Assembly (NCBI GenBank): GCA_050010755.1
Contig: JBEKKK010000006.1
Span: forward strand, 1 to 61,822
Origin: Candidatus Bathyarchaeia archaeon
Lineage (GTDB): Archaea; Thermoproteota; Bathyarchaeia; Bathyarchaeales; Bathycorpusculaceae
Length of the DNA: 61,822 nucleotides
Direction of reading: 5' to 3'
Made by a program: the position numbers and the translations under genes. The notes beneath the pieces were generated by a model. It was given only the letters and a program-made list of their open reading frames with translations, was not told the DNA's origin and made no database searches. Below are positions 59,374 to 61,822 of the stretch, piece by piece (position 1 is the stretch's first letter; each line of letters starts with the position of its first letter).

Positions 59374-61822
59374 TTATGGGTAGTGTTGTCCGAAGTTTCT
59401 GCCTACGAGGGCGATGTCTTTCATGTCTATTTTTCCGTCGCTGTTGACGTCGGCGTTGGGGTTCCAGTTGCTGCTGCCCGGCTTGGACCCGAAGGCCCTG
59501 GCTACGAGCGCGATGTCTTTCATGTCGACTTTAAAGTCGCCGTTGACGTCGCCCATTATTGTTACTGCGACGCTGCCTCCTGTGAAGCTGCTTGTAGCTG
59601 GATTTGTTTCGTTCGTGAGAGGGACCGCACAGGCGCTCACGGTGTAGTTGCCGTACGCGAACGCTGTGGTGTTCCAAGCGAAGGTGAAGTCTGTGGAGTT
59701 TCCGCTTGGCAGGGTGACGTTTTGGGAACCAATAATGGTCGTGTTGGCGTAGACTGTGATGTTAACCATTTCTGAATACGTAGCGAGGTCCACTGCTGTA
59801 ACGGTCACGTTAGCTCCGTAGCCTCGGCCGATGACAGTCTTGGAACACTCGACATTAGTCATAGTCACTTCAGGAGTTCTTGGACCGACTGTAATAGTTG
59901 CATTGTTAGACGTTGCCTGCACTCCATTGCTGTCGGTGATATTTGCGTAGATTGTGTATGAGCCTTCCGATGCAGGTGTGAAGACCCAGCCACTGAAATT
60001 GGCGCCTGATACTGCTGTGCCATTCAAAAACCATTGATAAGCGTAAGGGAACGTGCCGCCGGTAACGGTTGAATTGAACGTTTGAGACTGACCAAGAGCA
60101 ATAACGATGGAACTGGGCAAAATAGACACAGAAGGCGATGCATTCACGTTCACATTCGCGATGTTAGATGTTGCCTCAGTTCCGTTGCTGTCGGTGACTT
60201 CTGCGTAGATTTCTATGTATGAACTTGGCAACGACGACGTCAATGCCCAACTGCTGGAATTGGCACCAGCAATCATGCCACCATTCATAAACCATTGATA
60301 AGAGTAAGGAGACGTGCCGCCTGTAACGTTCGAAGCAAAAGTTTGTGATTGACCGACATCCAACGTGACAGATACAGGCATGATACTGACAGAAGGCTGC
60401 CCATTCACTGTCACAGGAACGGTGGCAGAGGTCGCAACAATGCTCACCATATCAGTGACGTTTACATATGCAGCGTAAATGCCTTGAGATGCTGCCGTGA
60501 ACGTCCAAGTTGCGTTCGTAGCGCCTGAAACGGGAGCAGCGTTGAGATACCACTGATAAGAGTACGGAGAAGTACCTCCTGTCACTGTAGAAGTGAATAG
60601 TTGAGACTGACCAACATCCATAACCACCGAACTAGGCGAAACACTCACTGTGAGTGGTGGGTTGGCGGTGACTTGTGCGGTGTTGGACTCTGCAACAAAG
60701 TTAGCTGCGTCTGTTACATTGACGCAGACAGTGTAGGGACCGGAAGAATTTGGCGTGAACGTCCATGTAGCATTAGCAGCGCCCGAGACGGGAGCAGCGT
60801 TGAGATACCACTGATACGAGTAAGGAGAAGTACCTCCTGTCACTGTAGAAGTGAATAGTTGAGACTGACCAACATCCATAACCACCGAACTAGGCGAAAC
60901 ACTGGCTGTGAGCGGCGGATTAACCGTTACCTGTGCCGTTTTAGACTCTGCAACGAAGTTAACACCGTCTGTCACGTTCACGTACACACTGTAGGAACCT
61001 GAGGAAGCTGGCGTAAACGTCCACGTAGCATTGTTAGCGCCGGAAACAGGAGCGCTGTCAAGATACCACTGATAAGAGTACGGCAAAGTGCCACCAGAAA
61101 CGGTGGAAGTGAATAGTTGAGACTGACCAACATCAATAACCACCGCACTCGGCGAAACACTGACTGAGGGCGGAGGGTTAACGATGACGGGAGCCACATT
61201 AGACTCTGCGACGAAACCGATATTATCCGTCAAGTTGGCGTAGACGTTGTAGAAGCCAGAATAGCTGGGCGCAAATGTCCAGCTACTTAAATTGGCACCG
61301 GTAACCGCTGTGCCATTAACGTACCACTGATACGTGTAGGGCAATGTGCCGCCAGAAATTGTTGAATTGAACAATGCGGATTGGCCAATATCCAAGGTTG
61401 CCGAGTTAGGCGAGATTGGAATAGAAAGCGGGCCTGTGCTGAAAAGATTCACTAGAGGATAGTGGTCTGTGTTGTTCGAGTCTATAGGGTACGGCGTGTC
61501 GCCTATTCCATCGCTTCCAGTTAGATTCTGGTAAGGACCGCTGTACAGGTCCGTGCCGTTGTAGTCGCTCCAAAAGTTACCGCCAGACGGATAGCCATTG
61601 TCCCAAGCGTTTCCAAGGGATGCTGAGTCAACTGATGCTTGGGCAACGTTTCCGATAAAGTTGTTATGGTACACGGTGTTGTTTGTGGAGGAACTGAGAT
61701 AGATTCCTCCATTGGTGTTTCTCGTAACGTTGTTACCGCTAACAGTGTTGTCTGAAGAACTGTAGAGATCGATGCCAGCAAAGCCGTTTGCCGCAACATA
61801 GTTCCCGCTAACAGTGTCGTTC
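59374..61822 (-). CDS. Large surface protein (5'-truncated by window): beta-helix/NosD, six Ig/PKD-like repeats, CARDB, dockerin
   Basis: Frame stays open to the window edge (NDTVSGNYVAANG...); GGNFWSDY, GGTxPYxYQW repeated six times, DVNGD/DVNSD dockerin. Confidence 0.88.
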   Translation of the reverse strand, partial: NDTVSGNYVAANGFAGIDLYSSSDNTVSGNNVTRNTNGGIYLSSSTNNTVYHNNFIGNVAQASVDSASLGNAWDNGYPSGGNFWSDYNGTDLYSGPYQNLTGSDGIGDTPYPIDSNNTDHYPLVNLFSTGPLSIPISPNSATLDIGQSALFNSTISGGTLPYTYQWYVNGTAVTGANLSSWTFAPSYSGFYNVYANLTDNIGFVAESNVAPVIVNPPPSVSVSPSAVVIDVGQSQLFTSTVSGGTLPYSYQWYLDSAPVSGANNATWTFTPASSGSYSVYVNVTDGVNFVAESKTAQVTVNPPLTASVSPSSVVMDVGQSQLFTSTVTGGTSPYSYQWYLNAAPVSGAANATWTFTPNSSGPYTVCVNVTDAANFVAESNTAQVTANPPLTVSVSPSSVVMDVGQSQLFTSTVTGGTSPYSYQWYLNAAPVSGATNATWTFTAASQGIYAAYVNVTDMVSIVATSATVPVTVNGQPSVSIMPVSVTLDVGQSQTFASNVTGGTSPYSYQWFMNGGMIAGANSSSWALTSSLPSSYIEIYAEVTDSNGTEATSNIANVNVNASPSVSILPSSIVIALGQSQTFNSTVTGGTFPYAYQWFLNGTAVSGANFSGWVFTPASEGSYTIYANITDSNGVQATSNNATITVGPRTPEVTMTNVECSKTVIGRGYGANVTVTAVDLATYSEMVNITVYANTTIIGSQNVTLPSGNSTDFTFAWNTTAFAYGNYTVSACAVPLTNETNPATSSFTGGSVAVTIMGDVNGDFKVDMKDIALVARAFGSKPGSSNWNPNADVNSDGKIDMKDIALVGRNFGQHYP
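59890..61434 (-). repeat. Six intragenic repeats of about 258 bp (86 aa)
   Basis: GAAGTGAATAGTTGAGACTGACCAACATC recurs at about 60590, 60848 and 61106. Confidence 0.9.

Noticed and set aside
776-61799. Numerous short antisense or alternative-frame ORFs in the track (e.g. 2194-2748, 19228-19857, 51662-52393)
   Set aside because: They are shadows of well-supported genes with no motifs of their own.

Overview
Archaeal chromosomal segment, most consistent with Bathyarchaeia (inferred from gene content: small wHTH family, dockerin/NosD surface proteins, Fae domain, GatDE, eIF genes). Core genes: elp3-gatD-gatE, nrdR-nrdD-nrdG, rpo5, two ABC exporters, trmI, mobA, a GSA-type aminotransferase, LonB, eIF2beta-DUF424-eIF1A-rio1-KH cluster, gcvPA/PB and tRNA-His(GUG). 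Accessory content: glycosylation genes and three dockerin-tailed secreted proteins. Most notable observations: (1) a DapA-family aldolase fused to formaldehyde-activating enzyme (Fae); (2) a long Rpo5 carrying an N-terminal domain resembling the eukaryotic RPB5 jaw; (3) a 20-bp intergenic motif GTTGATGCTTTTGTATACAG present five times; (4) a tandem-AbrB (MraZ-like architecture) gene preceded by ten 10-bp-phased direct repeats; (5) an intact, orphan small+large terminase pair beside a decayed integrase fragment at tRNA-His. All calls come from reading motifs by eye; no database searches were run.
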